The notes under the pieces are model-generated. The model did not search any database, was not told the origin of the DNA, and worked only from the letters and a program-made list of their open reading frames with translations. The position numbers were made by a program, and so were the translations under genes. From Vicugna vicugna (taxonomy: Eukaryota), in contig MU058540.1 in NCBI GenBank assembly GCA_013265495.1, forward strand, positions 3,123,696 through 3,186,296: a stretch of 62,601 bases of DNA, written 5' to 3'. Of the stretch, positions 10,847 through 23,040 are shown piece by piece (positions within the stretch are counted from its first letter, which is position 1; every line of letters begins with the position of its first letter).

Positions 10847-11215
10847 CAGGTCCACTATCCCTTCTTATGTTTCAAAACCCCTAAATCTCTGAAAACAATG
10901 ACAAAACCATTTTTATCATAAGGCCTTTGACTGCAAAGCCCTACCTGATGTGAACTCATTTGACTGCAAAAAGGACCTCAACTAAGGTGGGGCTATTTAC
11001 AGCCTTTATTTACACTACTTAGTGTGTGAATAGTCGTAGACTTTGCTCAGAAATGTTTATATGTTTACCAGGTGCTGCCCCAGACCCTGCTGGGGGTATT
11101 TTATAACATATACAGTGTAAGTGACCTCACCATGCCACCTTTCTAAACTAGGAAAAATCCTGAATTCTGAAACCTACCTAACCCCAGTGGTTTTAGGCCA
11201 AGGGTTGTGTATCTG
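10847..11215 (+). mobile_element. Tigger-like MITE (MamRep434/Tigger15a-like), near full length
   Basis: Degenerate TIRs caggtccactatccc ... agggttgtgtatctg followed by TA; internal gtgctgccccagaccctgctgggggt. Family name from memory. Confidence 0.6.
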
Positions 11216-11274
11216 TATTTATAAAATTTCTCCTAAAGAAGTTCATGGACTTACAAGTGAAAGGAGTTAGCCAC

Positions 11275-11545
11275 GGAGCACATGTACTGTATGACCCCAT
11301 TTATATGAAGTTCAAAGAACAGGCTAAACTGACACCCTAGAAATCAGAATAGTAATTACCTCTGGGGAGGGCAATTGAGCAGGAGGGAGAATGAGGGAAC
11401 CTTCTAGGGTGCTGGAAATGTTCTGTATTCTGATCTGCGTGGTTACAAAGGTACATACATATGTAGAAATTCACCAAGCTGTACCTTAAAGATTCGTACA
11501 CTTTGCTGTAAGTCTGTTATACCTCAAAATAAAAGTAAAAGTAAA
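11275..11545 (+). mobile_element. L1MC/L1ME 3' end
   Basis: tactgtatgaccccatttatatgaagttcaa...aatagtaattacctctgggga...gggtgctggaaatgttctgtattctgatc...tgttatacctcaaaataaaa. Confidence 0.8.
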
Positions 11546-12420
11546 ATATATGGGAATATATTATCTCAAATTAAGCAATAAGAAGCTGCTTGCCTTGGCA
11601 CCCCATCCCACCCTGTGGTGTCTTTGAACTTTCCAACAAAGCTTAAAATCATCTTAATATATGTTTGGCTTGTCTTAATCCCAAGAAATGAGTTTAACAC
11701 AAAAGTCAAACTGAGTGAATGTTTTTAAAACTCTGATTTGCCATCAAAAAGAATCCATCCCTAAAGGATAGCTTTGCTTTGAAAATACTACAGGAAAAAA
11801 CTCAGGGCCTGGCTCCCTTTGGCAAGAGCCTTCTACTCACATCACCCACCGAGAAGGACATTTCCCCACCCTGCCGCCTCTGAGACTGCTGCTCGAAACA
11901 CAGTAGCAGGGCAGTGAGCACGGATCCAGGCTGGCATCCTACCCAGGGTGCTGCAAGTCAAAACTTGCACCCAGCCAACAATATCCTTTAATTGCTTCTG
12001 ATTAGCTGGAATTTGGAATTTGTATCCGAGAACAGAAGGGCACAGGGGACTCCTTGATTAAACAAGTCAGATAAGCACATATTGCTAACAGGAACAGAGA
12101 TCTCCCTTCCCGTAGCTCTCATTGCTCAACATTTGACTGCTCACAGCCTTGTCCTTTGACACTCACTCCCACGACATCCCCACCTCCGCCTTCCCTCCCA
12201 CTTCCTATCTGGGCCCCGGAGCTCAGCCCACTGGGGCCTCCTCTCTCCTACTTCACGAGTGACCCAGTTCAGCCCACACATCAACCTTCCCATCTCCAGC
12301 CAGAGGACACTGGACTCATGGCCTCAGGCTGTCTTCAGCTGCCTCACATCCTTTTAGGAACCAGTCAGGGTATAAACAAACAAAGAGACCTACTTGGGCT
12401 GTTTCCTCAGCCTTCTAGAG

Positions 12421-12617
12421 CACGAGAGCTACCCAGTGGCAGAGTCTGCGCTGATGGGAACATTCTCTCTGTTTTTTCCAGTGTAGTAGCCACTAGCTGC
12501 AGGTGGCTGTTGAATACTCCGTGTGGCTGACTGTGACTTAGGAACTGAATTTTTAATTTTTTAAATTTAAATTTAAGTACTGCATGTGGCTGGCGGCTAC
12601 CGAATTGGTCAGCACAG
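12421..12617 (+). mobile_element. MER3 hAT-Charlie MITE
   Basis: tagccactagc...aggaactgaatttttaatttt...catgtggctggcggctaccgaattgg; 8-bp TSD ttctagag (12413-12420) / ctctagag (12618-12625), the typical Charlie NTCTAGAN target. Confidence 0.85.
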
Positions 12618-13189
12618 CTCTAGAGAGAGGGAGGGGCTGGGAGTCCAACACTCCTTTAACCCAGCCCGGTGGTCTGCTCTTTGAATATACCCAGCCCTCG
12701 TCTCTCTAGCTTCCAAGTCTGTCTTCTTTCAGAATAACTGGGAGCATGTGTTGAGTCCCAACATTGTGTCAGGGACTCAACAGATGCTCATTTTGCAAAA
12801 GTAACCCAGATACACTAGGTCACCTCAAGTCCTAGGACAGACTTCAAAAGAAGCTCAGGATTCCAATTTGAAAATTAACACAGTGGGTCTTTCCTGAAAA
12901 CTCTCAAGGAAGAGCCACGGGCAAAGTGTATCAACAAAACAGAGGGCCTTCTTATCTCCCCAAGTCCTACCCCTTAGCCCAGAGGCTCTGCCTCTCTCTT
13001 CCCACAGCCCAAACCAATAATGGTTCTTTTGGCCTCTTCTTCTCCCCTCCTCCTTCATTCTTTAAATAAATTGACCCACTGTGGGCTTTATTCTGTCTCA
13101 CCTCACCCAAAACAGCACCCCAACAGGCCAGCCTTCCTCCTTGGCAGATGGGAGAAGACAAAAGTGACAAACACTTAGCGTGGACCTTT

Positions 13190-13335
13190 CTCCCTTTATC
13201 CCTGTTACACAAGGTTACTATTATCCCCAGTTTACAGAGATCACAGGTGTGGAAACTGAGGCTCAAAACAGTTAAGGGCACATTGACCCTGAATGGAGGA
13301 ACTGCAATGCAAGCCCAGAGTTGTAAGAATCCTAG
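13190..13335 (-). mobile_element. MIR SINE relic
   Basis: ctattatccccagtttacag...ggaaactgaggctcaaaacagttaag. Confidence 0.7.
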
Positions 13336-13717
13336 ACAATGAGGGGTTTTTCTCCTCAAGATTTACCCACCCAGTGTGCTGTGCCATCTGGCCCCAACTC
13401 GTTACTAGTGGCTGAGCAGCAAACCCACCTGCATTAATTTCATGTGCCAGCCATAGCGTCTCTGGGTTGCCCCGCCCCCAGGAACTTGTTCATTTTAACC
13501 AGGAGACAAAGGCTTGACTCCAAGGAGTGACTCAGTGAGGATTCCAAAGCCCAATTTCTCAGTCTGGACTTCATGGCTCACTAGGGCATGTCGACCTGCT
13601 CTCCAGGCTCCTCCTGGCTCTGACAAGGCCGACTTGCTCTCCAGCTCATCCAGACTCGGCTGTGCGTCCAGCCCAGGGGCCAGGCCTTCCCCACCACTGA
13701 ACAGCCTGCTGCTCCAC

Positions 13718-14130
13718 TTTTTTTTTTTAATTGTGGTAAAACATACATAAAATTTCCCATTTTAACCACTTTCGGGTGAACAGTTCTATGGCATTAAGTA
13801 CATTCACATTGTTGTGCAACCATCATTACCATCCATCTCCAGAACTTTCTTATCTTCTCAACTCAAACTGTAGCCATGAAACAATAGCTCTTTATTTTCC
13901 TCTCCCCAGACCCTAGCAACCAACCATTTCACTTGTCTTGGGATTGAATGGCTAGGTCATATGAAAGATATCTGTTCAACTTTTTAAGAAACTGTCAACT
14001 CTTTCTCAAAGTTGTACCATTTTACATTCTCACCAGTTGGAGAGTTTCCATTGCTACACATCCTTACCAGTACCTAGTACAGTGGATCTTTTAAATTTTG
14101 CCATTCTAATAAGTATGTAGTGATCACACA
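13718..14130 (-). mobile_element. L1MB-type 3' end plus ORF2-end fragment (internally deleted)
   Basis: ttttttaattgtggtaaaacatacataaaatttcccattttaaccac...ggcattaagtacattcacattgttgtgcaaccatc...; ttgtaccattttacattctcaccag. Confidence 0.85.
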
Positions 14131-14169
14131 TCACTTTTTAAAGGGTCATATTATAAACCAAAAAAATGT

Positions 14170-14450
14170 ATGGGAGAAAACACTGGAAGGAGAAGGATCT
14201 GGAACCAGGACCCATGGGGAACTGAAGTTATTTGATTTGGAGAAAGATCTGGAAGAGGGATTAAATTTCTAAGTTGTTTTAGGAGATGCACTAGAGTCAG
14301 AGGGAAAAGCCACTTGGAGACAGACTGTGCTTCATCCAATGACCTTCTGATAACAGCCTCTCAAAGGCAGAATGGGCTTTTGTGGAAGTGAGCTCTCTGT
14401 CATTAGAGGTGTTCAAGGAGCAGAATGTAGAGAAGTCCCCTCTCAGGGAT
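14170..14450 (+). mobile_element. CR1/L3 LINE relic
   Basis: ggaagtgagctctctgtcattagaggtgttcaagg and ggaactgaagttatttgatttggagaa resemble the CR1/L3 3' region. Confidence 0.55.
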
Positions 14451-14759
14451 GGTCAATTCAATTCTATTCACTTCCACTGAGCACCTACTAGACATTGTGA
14501 TGGGACGTGGGACGAGAGGACACCAAGGCAAATGTTACCATGCCTTTCCCTTAATGATGCCATGTGATTAGGATTTTGGCAAAGGTACTGCCAGAGTGAT
14601 GGGAGAAGGAGGTGGAGTTCCTAGCAGAGGTGACGTGACTGGGGTCTCAGAAGGGCAGTAGGATTCTGTGGAAGAATTCCTAAGCTGGGTGGGAGCTTAG
14701 AACAAAATGACCTTTCAGGTTCCAAGATTCTAAAACTACATTTAAAAAAAAAATGCTTG

Positions 14760-15140
14760 AAAAGTCCATTGGGGGGTCTGGCAACATAAATTAAGGTCCA
14801 TCCTTAGAGTAGAATAACGTTCAGCTGAAATATAGACTAAGATGTTCTTTACATATTGATATAGAATGATCTCCAAGATGTATTAAGTAAGTAAAAGCAA
14901 GATCTAGACACTGTATGGTGGGCTACCACTTGAATTTTTAAAAGGGATCTGGTGAGTAAGGACACACACACACACCAGCTTTTATTGCATAATATTTCAT
15001 ATCTCTAGCCTAGGAACAGAGGTTGCCTTTGGGGGGAGGTGGCTGGGACATAGGCATGGGAACGAAGCTGACATACCCTTCTGTACCATAGATTTTTAAC
15101 TGTGTAAGTGAATTGCCTATTAAAAATAAAGTTGAAACTA
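14760..15140 (+). mobile_element. L1ME-type 3' end relic
   Basis: gaatgatctccaagatgtattaagtaagtaaaagcaag..., aacagaggttgcctttggggg, A-rich end. Confidence 0.65.
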
Positions 15141-15333
15141 AACCAAAATCGTCAATGGCAACTGCCTCTTTCAGCATATTTTCCTAGAGCGCCTTTCTTA
15201 GCCTTTTCCTCCGTGTCCACCCTCCTCCACTGAACAGGTCTATAGAAGTGTCTTCCCCTGGGAAGAGGCCTCCTCAGGGAGCTTCTGTTTCCTTCCTTCC
15301 TTCCTACCTCCTCAAGGCATGCAGCATCTAAAT

Positions 15334-15497
15334 CAATGCTTCCCAAACATTAATGTGCATACAGGTCAACTTGGTATCTTATCAAAATTCGGATTTTGAT
15401 TCAGTAGCCTAGGGTGGGTCCTGAAATGCTGCATTTCTAACCAGCAACCAGGTGAGGCCAGTGCTGCTAGTCACAGACCATATGCTGAGTAGGGAGG
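15334..15497 (+). mobile_element. MER5A/B MITE
   Basis: caatgcttcccaaac...gattcagtagcctagggtgggtcctgaaatgctgcatttctaac...; flanks atctaaat/gtctagag resemble the Charlie target. Confidence 0.75.
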
Positions 15498-17484
15498 GTC
15501 TAGAGCCCTGTGTCCATGGGGAAGCATCTGTGGAGGGACTGTGACAGTGGAGATTCGGACAGACGACGACATAAGTCCATCCCCAGCCTGATCTGAGCCT
15601 CTCAGCACAGCCAACAGACTGGGCACAGCTGACCAGTGCCCCTGGTTTCAACTCCTACCTATTGTGGCTTTGGCTGGAGCACGACTGACACCACCCCCCA
15701 GCTGCCTCCACTGACAGGAGACCCAGACGGCGGTTGGGACAAAGTGGCAGCACAGCGAGGGCTGGAAGGGATGACGCGCTGGGCGACAGCACTGTGCATG
15801 TACAAGGCCAGCTGGCCCAGACCTCACCAGCCAGAGAAACACTTCTCTTATTTCTGATGGGCTTATGGTGGCTACGGGCCACCCCCCTCTCACGCCCTCC
15901 CTGCAAATTCAGAAGCCAAACCAAACCTCCTACAGAAAATGAAACCAGACAGCGTTTGGCAGTCTTTCTCCCTGGGTGAAAAGCAGATGTCTTGAATCCA
16001 GGTGTGGTGGGACCACCTGCTCTGGCAGAAAACTGATGGCCCTACGGCGGAGGTCTCCTCACTCACCCAGGATGGGAGCTGACCTGCGAACGTGGAAGTC
16101 AAGCTACTAACAGCCCCCACCACACCCGTTGCCCCAGGGGACAGAGTAGTTTTCCAGGCCACACACATGGGTTTCCCTGATGAAGCATTTTTTTATGTAT
16201 GACAAAACCCTGTTCTTGGCCAGTGCCAGAGAGAAACAAGAGTGGAGTGAGTTCTGGGGGGAAACCAACAGGCACGTCCCCTCGGGGCTGGCATTGCCCT
16301 CGGCTGGAGCAGCTCCCCTTACCACTGGTGACCCCTGGAGGAGTGCCAGGAAAAGGCACCCCTCCCCCTACAGCATCCCTGCTCACCTGTGACCATGCTT
16401 GAAATTGCACCAGGTACACTCATTCTTTGGGGATGAGAAATTGCATCTCTTAAAATGCTCCCACTCACAGGAGAGGTAATACATTAAGCTGTTATCAGTT
16501 ATCTACACCTTATTGTGAATTAGTTGATCAGCCCTGGAATGTCACACCTGGAATGGGCCTGGTCCAACCCTTCTTTTCACAAGTGAGGAAAACTGAAGCC
16601 CCGGAGTGGAGGGGACTGGCTCAAGTCAGGCAGCAAGGTGGTGGTAAAGTCAAGGGCAGGAAGAGGCATAAGGGCTAGATTGAAAACAGGTGACTGGGGC
16701 GATGAGGAAAACCCAATATAACGGAGAGGAGAAGGGGGCATCTTAAAGCTTGCACTTCAGAGACTCAGAGTTAAACTCAAGTTTTTCCCCCAAGAACAGG
16801 TAGGAGGCATAGCCAGGAGCAGCTCCCCAGCCTGCCCGACCCTGGAGCATAAAATGTCTTTGAAGTCTCCTGTTTTATCTGAAAGTTCACTCAAATGCAG
16901 CATTCTACTCCAAAATACATTCTGGTTTGTTTTCACATTAAAATGATAGATTTACTTAGTGAGACACTTACCAGTAGACTGAGATCAAAGTTTGTGTTTC
17001 TGGGGAGGGGACTCAGGTGGCCGGGACAAGGGTGAGGAGGCTTCGCACCGTGTGCCCCTTTGAACCTCTTTGAATTTTGTGCCATCTGCACATACTACCT
17101 AGTCAAAAATTGATACAATTCACACTCGAAAATGTGGGTGGACTGGGGTATGAGGAAACAGGCTCTCATATTCTGACGAGACGGAACACGAACAGAAACA
17201 TCTGCATGTTGGGCAGTTGTGATATTTGTCCAAACATTCAATTCACACACTTTTTGCCCAACGATGTCTGGCCTAGGGATCCAGCCCACACCTGGGGGAA
17301 CGATGCTCAGTGGGTTCATGGTGACGTCATCTGTGCTGACCCCAGGAGCCTGGCCTGACTGTCTTTGAAGGCCTTTCTGACTCTGAACAAAATCCAGGAG
17401 CTAGATTTCTTACTTCTCAGTCTCATGATCGTCTCAGACTGCCCCTAGAGGCATCGCTCAGGACATAACGGTAAAATAGTCACA

Positions 17485-17690
17485 ACAACTGATGCCTACC
17501 GAGGGCTTGATTTGTGCCTGGCTCTGTGGCACAGACTAAACTCCTTCAGCTCTCACAGCCGCCCCATTAACTAGCTACTATTCTCATCAGCCGTGTGACA
17601 GACGAGGGCACCAGGGCAGGTTAGTGCTAACGTGCGCACACCTAGCTCACGACAGAGAGAGGATTCGAACCAGTCCATGCTCTGAACCTC
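17485..17690 (-). mobile_element. MIR relic (unusually CpG-rich)
   Basis: ctattctcatcagccgtgtgacagacgagggcaccagggcaggttagtg...ggattcgaacc. Confidence 0.55.
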
Positions 17691-17939
17691 TGCACGGTGC
17701 CGCCTGTCTGTACAGCAGCACACACGCAGGAAATAGCTACGGCGTATGAAGCAACGTCTAGGGGCTGAGCCGTCGTGCTAGTCACTTTGTAGCGCTTCTG
17801 CGAGGTCATCTCCACAGCCCTGTGTTGAGTGCGGCTCACAGGGTGGTGGGCGGCACTGCGGGAACTGAAGACAAAAACAGAAGACACTGTCCCTGCCTTA
17901 AGAAGCTGACAATATGTGTGAGACGATGACAACAATGAT

Positions 17940-18140
17940 CCTTACGTTTGTGCAACACGTCAGCTTTCAAAGCCCTTTCGTTATCTAATTTAATCTTCTT
18001 GACAATCCTGCCAAATAATTTCCATGATCTCTGCTCCAGGATGAGGAAACCAAAGCTCCCCAAGTCACACGGGGCTGCCCCCAGGATCACCCAAGCAGGC
18101 AGGGGAGGGCTGGAACCTGACCTCAGGTCTCATGACTCCC
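17940..18140 (-). mobile_element. MIR relic
   Basis: gatgaggaaaccaaagctccccaagtcacac...gggctggaacctgacctc. Confidence 0.55.
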
Positions 18141-18754
18141 ACTTGGCTAAACGGGAAATGACACGCTGCCTGGACAGCCCAGCTCAGTGGCTTCCAACCT
18201 GCTACAACACGAGGACTTCTTTTTCCCTTCGGAAATTGTTGCAATCCTGCAAATGAGAGGAGTTGTTATTCTGGGCTGTAGTCAACCGGGGAAATTCATA
18301 GTGGAAAAACCACCAAAGCTTCAGCACGGTTGAAAAGCGGCAGCACACTTTTACCTCAGACATTACTTAGTCAGTCGGCAGGTCATATGTGAAGCACAAA
18401 TTGACGTTTGCAATAGCTCTGCTGCCTGTGGGAAGGAAACAACTAGCTGAGACCATACTGGCAGAACAGTTCAGAGAAGGACACGTTTCCGAAGTCCACC
18501 TTCTTAACCAGGGTACAGCAGAAAAGAGCACCGAAGTTCTACGGGACTGGCAGAAAGTAGAGGGGAGGAAACATGGGAGCAAAGGATCTTAGCCCTAGGA
18601 GGCAAGTCTGCGGGAGGCCCGAAGGGTGTGTGGATGGTTCTGTATTTCTGTTGGAGGGAAAGATTATTCTAGGTGCCCAAGGGCCATTTGAGCAGTTGGG
18701 ATTAAGAATTAGAGAAGTGGACAGAGTGGTCTAGAGGGGAGATAATGCAACTTT

Positions 18755-19077
18755 AAACCCATTCTCTGATGCCTTTGCCTTTGGGGTCAGATATGCTTTG
18801 TAATTCAGGGTTGGTTTGTTTTTTTTAATTTTAGAAAGCAATGCGGTACTCATACTATATATTTTGTAATGCCTCTAGCTGGATGTGGGCAGCATTCTAC
18901 AGTCAAACACATTGATATTTCTGCAATGAAGTGTACGGATCATGGATTAGCATACTAGACAAGACCAAAGAAAAGACTTAAATGGCTTTGCATTCATTCA
19001 GGACAGGTTTGGTTGCCAGATGTGTTTCCTTTTCCGAGCTTTTAGGTTTTGGAGTTGTAGATAAAGGATTGGGACTT
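18755..19077 (-). mobile_element. Tigger-like MITE (same family as 10847-11215), inverted
   Basis: gggcagcattctacagtcaaacacattgatatttctgc and gagcttttaggttttggagttgtagataaaggattgggac are reverse complements of motifs in the 10847 copy. Confidence 0.6.
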
Positions 19078-19084
19078 AAACAGG

Positions 19085-19300
19085 TGCCATTTTTGGCCAG
19101 CTTGCTACGTGCCAGGCAGTAGCTCTAAACAGATCTACGTGCATTACCTCATTTAATCTTATGTCAACACTGAGGTTATTATCCTCAATTAATAGTCTAG
19201 AAAAGTGAGGTTCAGAGATGCTGAGTGACTTGCCCAAGGTCACTCAGTCAGTCAGCAGCAGGGCTGGGACCGGATCCCAAGTCCCTGTGACTCCAAAGCC
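19085..19300 (-). mobile_element. MIR SINE
   Basis: ctacgtgccaggcagt...cctcatttaatctt...gaggttcagagatgctgagtgacttgcccaaggtcactcag. Confidence 0.8.
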
Positions 19301-19629
19301 AGTGGTCTTCCCTGCACTTGGGGAGGAGAATCCCGTTCTGCCAACCTCACAGTTTTGTTGAGGTCACTACTCTTCACTATTGCAATTACCCATCAAGAAA
19401 CCAAGGGAATGACTGAAGTCCAAGGCTGTGTGTGGTAGTGGGTTCTCACCTGTCACTGAGTGGTCACCCCTGTACCATACAGTTCTGTGCACCCATGTCC
19501 TAGCTGAGCAGGACGGTAGGATGGGCATGAGCCCCTCCGTGCCCTGGCCTGTGTAGAAGGCCTCCAAGCCTTTTTTGCTTTTCCAGAATCTTCTTAGGGC
19601 AGTACGACACAGCAGTTAAACTCACTGAT

Positions 19630-19815
19630 GTTAGAGCAGAGAAGCCTGGGTGCCCATCCCAACCCTTCAGCTCACCAGTGTGCAACCCTGTTAAGACATT
19701 AACTCTCTCAGGGCTTTAGTTTCCTCACCTGTAAAATGGGGGTAATAGCACTTGGCTTGTGCTGTTGCAAGGATTAAGTGAATGAACACACATTACGTAC
19801 TGAGGACAGAGCTGT
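19630..19815 (+). mobile_element. MIR SINE
   Basis: ttagtttcctcacctgtaaaatgggggtaatagcac...aaggattaagtgaa. Confidence 0.75.
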
Positions 19816-19859
19816 CTTAGAATACGCCTGTGATATTATTCCTACGGAAAAGACTTTTC

Positions 19860-20060
19860 TGCCCCTAGCCCGTCACCCTCTTCTCCACCTTGTACACTTG
19901 CCTACCCAAGCTCTTCTACCAATTTTTTTCTATTTATTTGTCTATATACCTGTTTCTTGCTATTAATCTGTGAACTCCTAAAGAAGAGGATTTGTGCCTT
20001 ACTTAGTTCTCTGTTTCCACACTCAGCACAGGGCCTGGCACATCATAGACAATCATCTAT
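19860..20060 (+). mobile_element. L2 LINE 3' end
   Basis: gtgaactcctaaagaagagg...ctcagcacagggcctggcacat. Confidence 0.65.
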
Positions 20061-20896
20061 GAAAAAGGTCTCTGCCTGCAAAAGTTTATAATTTTACTAT
20101 GGTGAAGTCATCAAGGTTAAAAGAAACCATATGATCCTCATCTTCTATAGACGTATCATAAAATCCTACACTCCTCAAAGCTGTGGGGAATAGAGGTTGC
20201 AAAAATCATATAAATTGCAACCTCAGCCTCCATGGAGCTGAGTCTACCCTGGGCGATGGGACGAGCTCATGAGAACAATCGCTGCAGAACAAGTTTGTGG
20301 TCCTTGCCAACCAAGGGACAGACAGTGCCACTGGAAGTCCAGAGCTGGGAGAGAGCAGAACAATGTGGGATGAGTCACAAATGTGCATGTCATCCTTGCT
20401 CAAGGTAAAATAGGATTGTTGGGTAACAATAGTAACAATGTCACAAGGCAGGATGAGCCAAGTGCATGCCTCGGAGTGGTGGGCACAGCCTTGGGTTCTG
20501 AGGAGGCGGAGAGAAAAGGCAGGCTTTTCGCTGCTGGGCAGGGCGGACTGGCTGAGACAGCGGGTCTGAGTCCAGAGCCATGGCCTCTCCAGAGCTCACA
20601 CTGGCTCGGAACCCACAGTGTTCAGAGTTGGCTTACCTTCCCCGTGCTGATCTGCTACTGGACTTTGAGCTTTTCGAGGTCTGAGTTTCTGGTAGCTTTT
20701 AAAAATTATTCTTATACAAGTAGTGTTCTTTCACTGTTAAAAAAAAAGAGAGAGAGGAGAAGAAGATACAGAGAACCAGAGAGAAAAAATAGCCCACAAT
20801 CCAATCTCCCCCTAGAATCACTCAATATTTTGGTGCCTGCACACCCATCCACCCACCCTTCATCCACCCTTCTACCCACCTACTCATCATCCATTC

Positions 20897-21400
20897 ATTT
20901 TTATCAGAGTTCTTAGCTGCAAACAACAGGATCCACTCTAACAGAAAAGGAATTTATTTAAAAATATTAAGAGGCTCACAGAATCCAGAAGGTTACGAAG
21001 GTTCAGTATTCAGGGATGATACCCAGACCACCAGGAGGTACTTTTCTAGCAAAGCCACATGGTGGCTATCAATCAGCACAAATTCTACAACTTGCCTCCC
21101 CTCACCCCCTTCAACAATAGTGAAAATTGGATCCCCAAACATCTCTTCTGCTGCTCTAAAAGCCAGGTACCTCCTCTAGCCCTGTTCTCTGGGATGCCTG
21201 CTCCCTCAGTGGCTCTTTCCAAATCAAAGTCTCATGTTACTACATCTGATTGGTGGAATCTAGGTCACACGCCTATACCTTAGCTACAAGGAAGTCTAAG
21301 AAAGCACGTTCCTCGCCTTCACTTTGAGAAGTGGGATTTATGATGGGGGGAAAACCCACAAACATAGGAAAGATGATCAAAAGATACTGGTGACCATAAG
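20897..21400 (-). mobile_element. Old MaLR LTR (MLT1K/L-like)
   Basis: atcagagttcttagctgcaaacaacagg...aaaggaatttattaaaa...gctcacagaatc; catctgattggtggaatctaggtcacacgcctataccttagctacaagg. Confidence 0.65.
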
Positions 21401-22499
21401 GCATGCAAATGTCCCCTAAACTATGATTTTTCTCCTTACAAATATAGAATGATACCAATTCAATCTTTCTCTGAATCTCCAGTGCCTGGCATACAGTAGG
21501 TACTCAATATATGAGGAAGGTAAGGGAGAAAGAGGAGGGAGCGATCACACAATTACATGCTGCCTTACTAAGCCAGACTGAATGAAGATCTGATGTTTGA
21601 GTCCAAAATTCTCTCAAGGCCTCTTGTGGATTATGAAGGGAGGGAACTTCCTGGACCAGAAGCACAGAGCTGTTCTCCCATCCTTGTCTGAGACATGGGC
21701 TCACATAACACCTCTGTCCATGGCCAGCAGCATCTGGACCACGTGGAACGTGTGTGCTAAATAGTCACTCACTTTCTCAATAGCCCACCTGTTGGCTTAA
21801 TGTTGCTCAGGCTGCCACTGGATCTCCTCCCCTTAATTCCAGACTTTTGTGAGGTTTTAGTATTCTCCGAAGGCAATTTAAAAGTTACTGCAAAGGCAAC
21901 CTTAGAGGCCTCCCAGGATGATAAAGATCACTGGCACTCAAATTCAAAGGGATCTGTTAAAATCTGTCTTGTCCTTCATGGTCAAGGTGTGCCTTCACAG
22001 AATAACATGGGTTCTGCCTTTTAGAAGTTTATACTGTAGTTTAATTGACAAGAGGCAAGAAACACAGTTAAATGACAAAAGGCTCTCTTGGTGCCAAATG
22101 AGGGAGAAAAAAGTCACTGCGCCCAGGTCAGCACAGGCTGGTCCAGATGAGGGAAGGCTGCTGAGAAGGGCATGTTGAGGAACCAAGTAGCTAAGACGTG
22201 GAAGCAGCAGCAAACCTGAATTCTCCCTGACCCCTCCAAAGCAGGTCAGATCCAGTATCTTGAATTCCTGTAGCATCAGGTACCCCTCCTTATCATGGCT
22301 GAATTTTATTCTGCGATTATCTGATCCATGTCTACCTCCTCCACTCCACAAAGAACTTGCCATTGTGCCCTAGGAAGGCTCTGGGTGGACAGAGGCTGGT
22401 AAGGACCAGGTCAGGGTGCGGCTGCAGGGAGGGTGAGGCTGAGACCCGTCATCACAAAGACAGTCTGCAGCCTCCCCCCACCCCAAACCACACCCCTTT

Positions 22500-23040
22500 C
22501 CCCCAGGGAGGAGCAGCTGATGTGTTTCTGGAGTGTTCCAATCCAATTAGCGCCCTCCCCTTCTCCAAGGAGAGGCCCAAGCCACCACTCCCTTCCCTGA
22601 GGTAGAGACTCGGTGGGGAGGGGGTGCTGAGGAGGTCTGAACACCCTGACCCAGCTCCTCCCGGCAGCGCGGCTGCCTCGCCGCTAGAGAGGCTGCTATG
22701 ACAGCGCCCGTTTCTAGGCGACTGTTCTGGGGAATGGTCTGTTTTGGCAACCGGAGGGCCCCTGGGTAAGGAGAGGGGGAGGGCCCGCACGCTGCAGCCT
22801 TATTTGCATAGCAACCTCCTCCCCTCCCTGAGCTGCGCTCTTCTGCGGCAGCCCGGCGGCAGGGCGGCTCCAGCCCCTGCCCTCCACCCAGCCAGCCCCA
22901 GCCCCAGCCCCAGCCCCAGGCCCGCCTGCGCTGCCACCGCATTGTTGCCCCGGTCCCACCTCCCTGGGAGGTGGAAGCTGCCCGCTGGGCTAGGACATTT
23001 CCGGAAAGGCGGGTGCCCTAGGGAAGCGGGGAAAGGATGC
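22500..23040. promoter_or_regulatory. CpG-rich putative enhancer/promoter with octamer, RFX half-sites and CCAAT/homeobox motifs
   Basis: ATTTGCAT 22802-22809 overlapping CATAGCAAC; TGGCAAC 22745-22751; ccaatccaattag 22538-22550; (GCCCCA)4 22895-22918; high CpG content. Confidence 0.55.

Noticed and set aside
18389-18592. 67-aa ORF with protein-like composition (KHKLTFAIALLPVGRKQLAETILAEQF...)
   Set aside because: GTG start, no convincing flanking splice sites and no family I recognise; only a tBLASTn or PhyloCSF hit would revive it.
20383-20916. 177-aa ORF
   Set aside because: Runs through MIR/L1ME/MLT1 relics and a simple A/G tract; a chance open frame.
22683-22697. CTCF-like motif ccgctagagaggc (also near 17440 and 34910)
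   Set aside because: Mismatches or wrong spacing in the core GGGC part; not supportable without a PWM scan.
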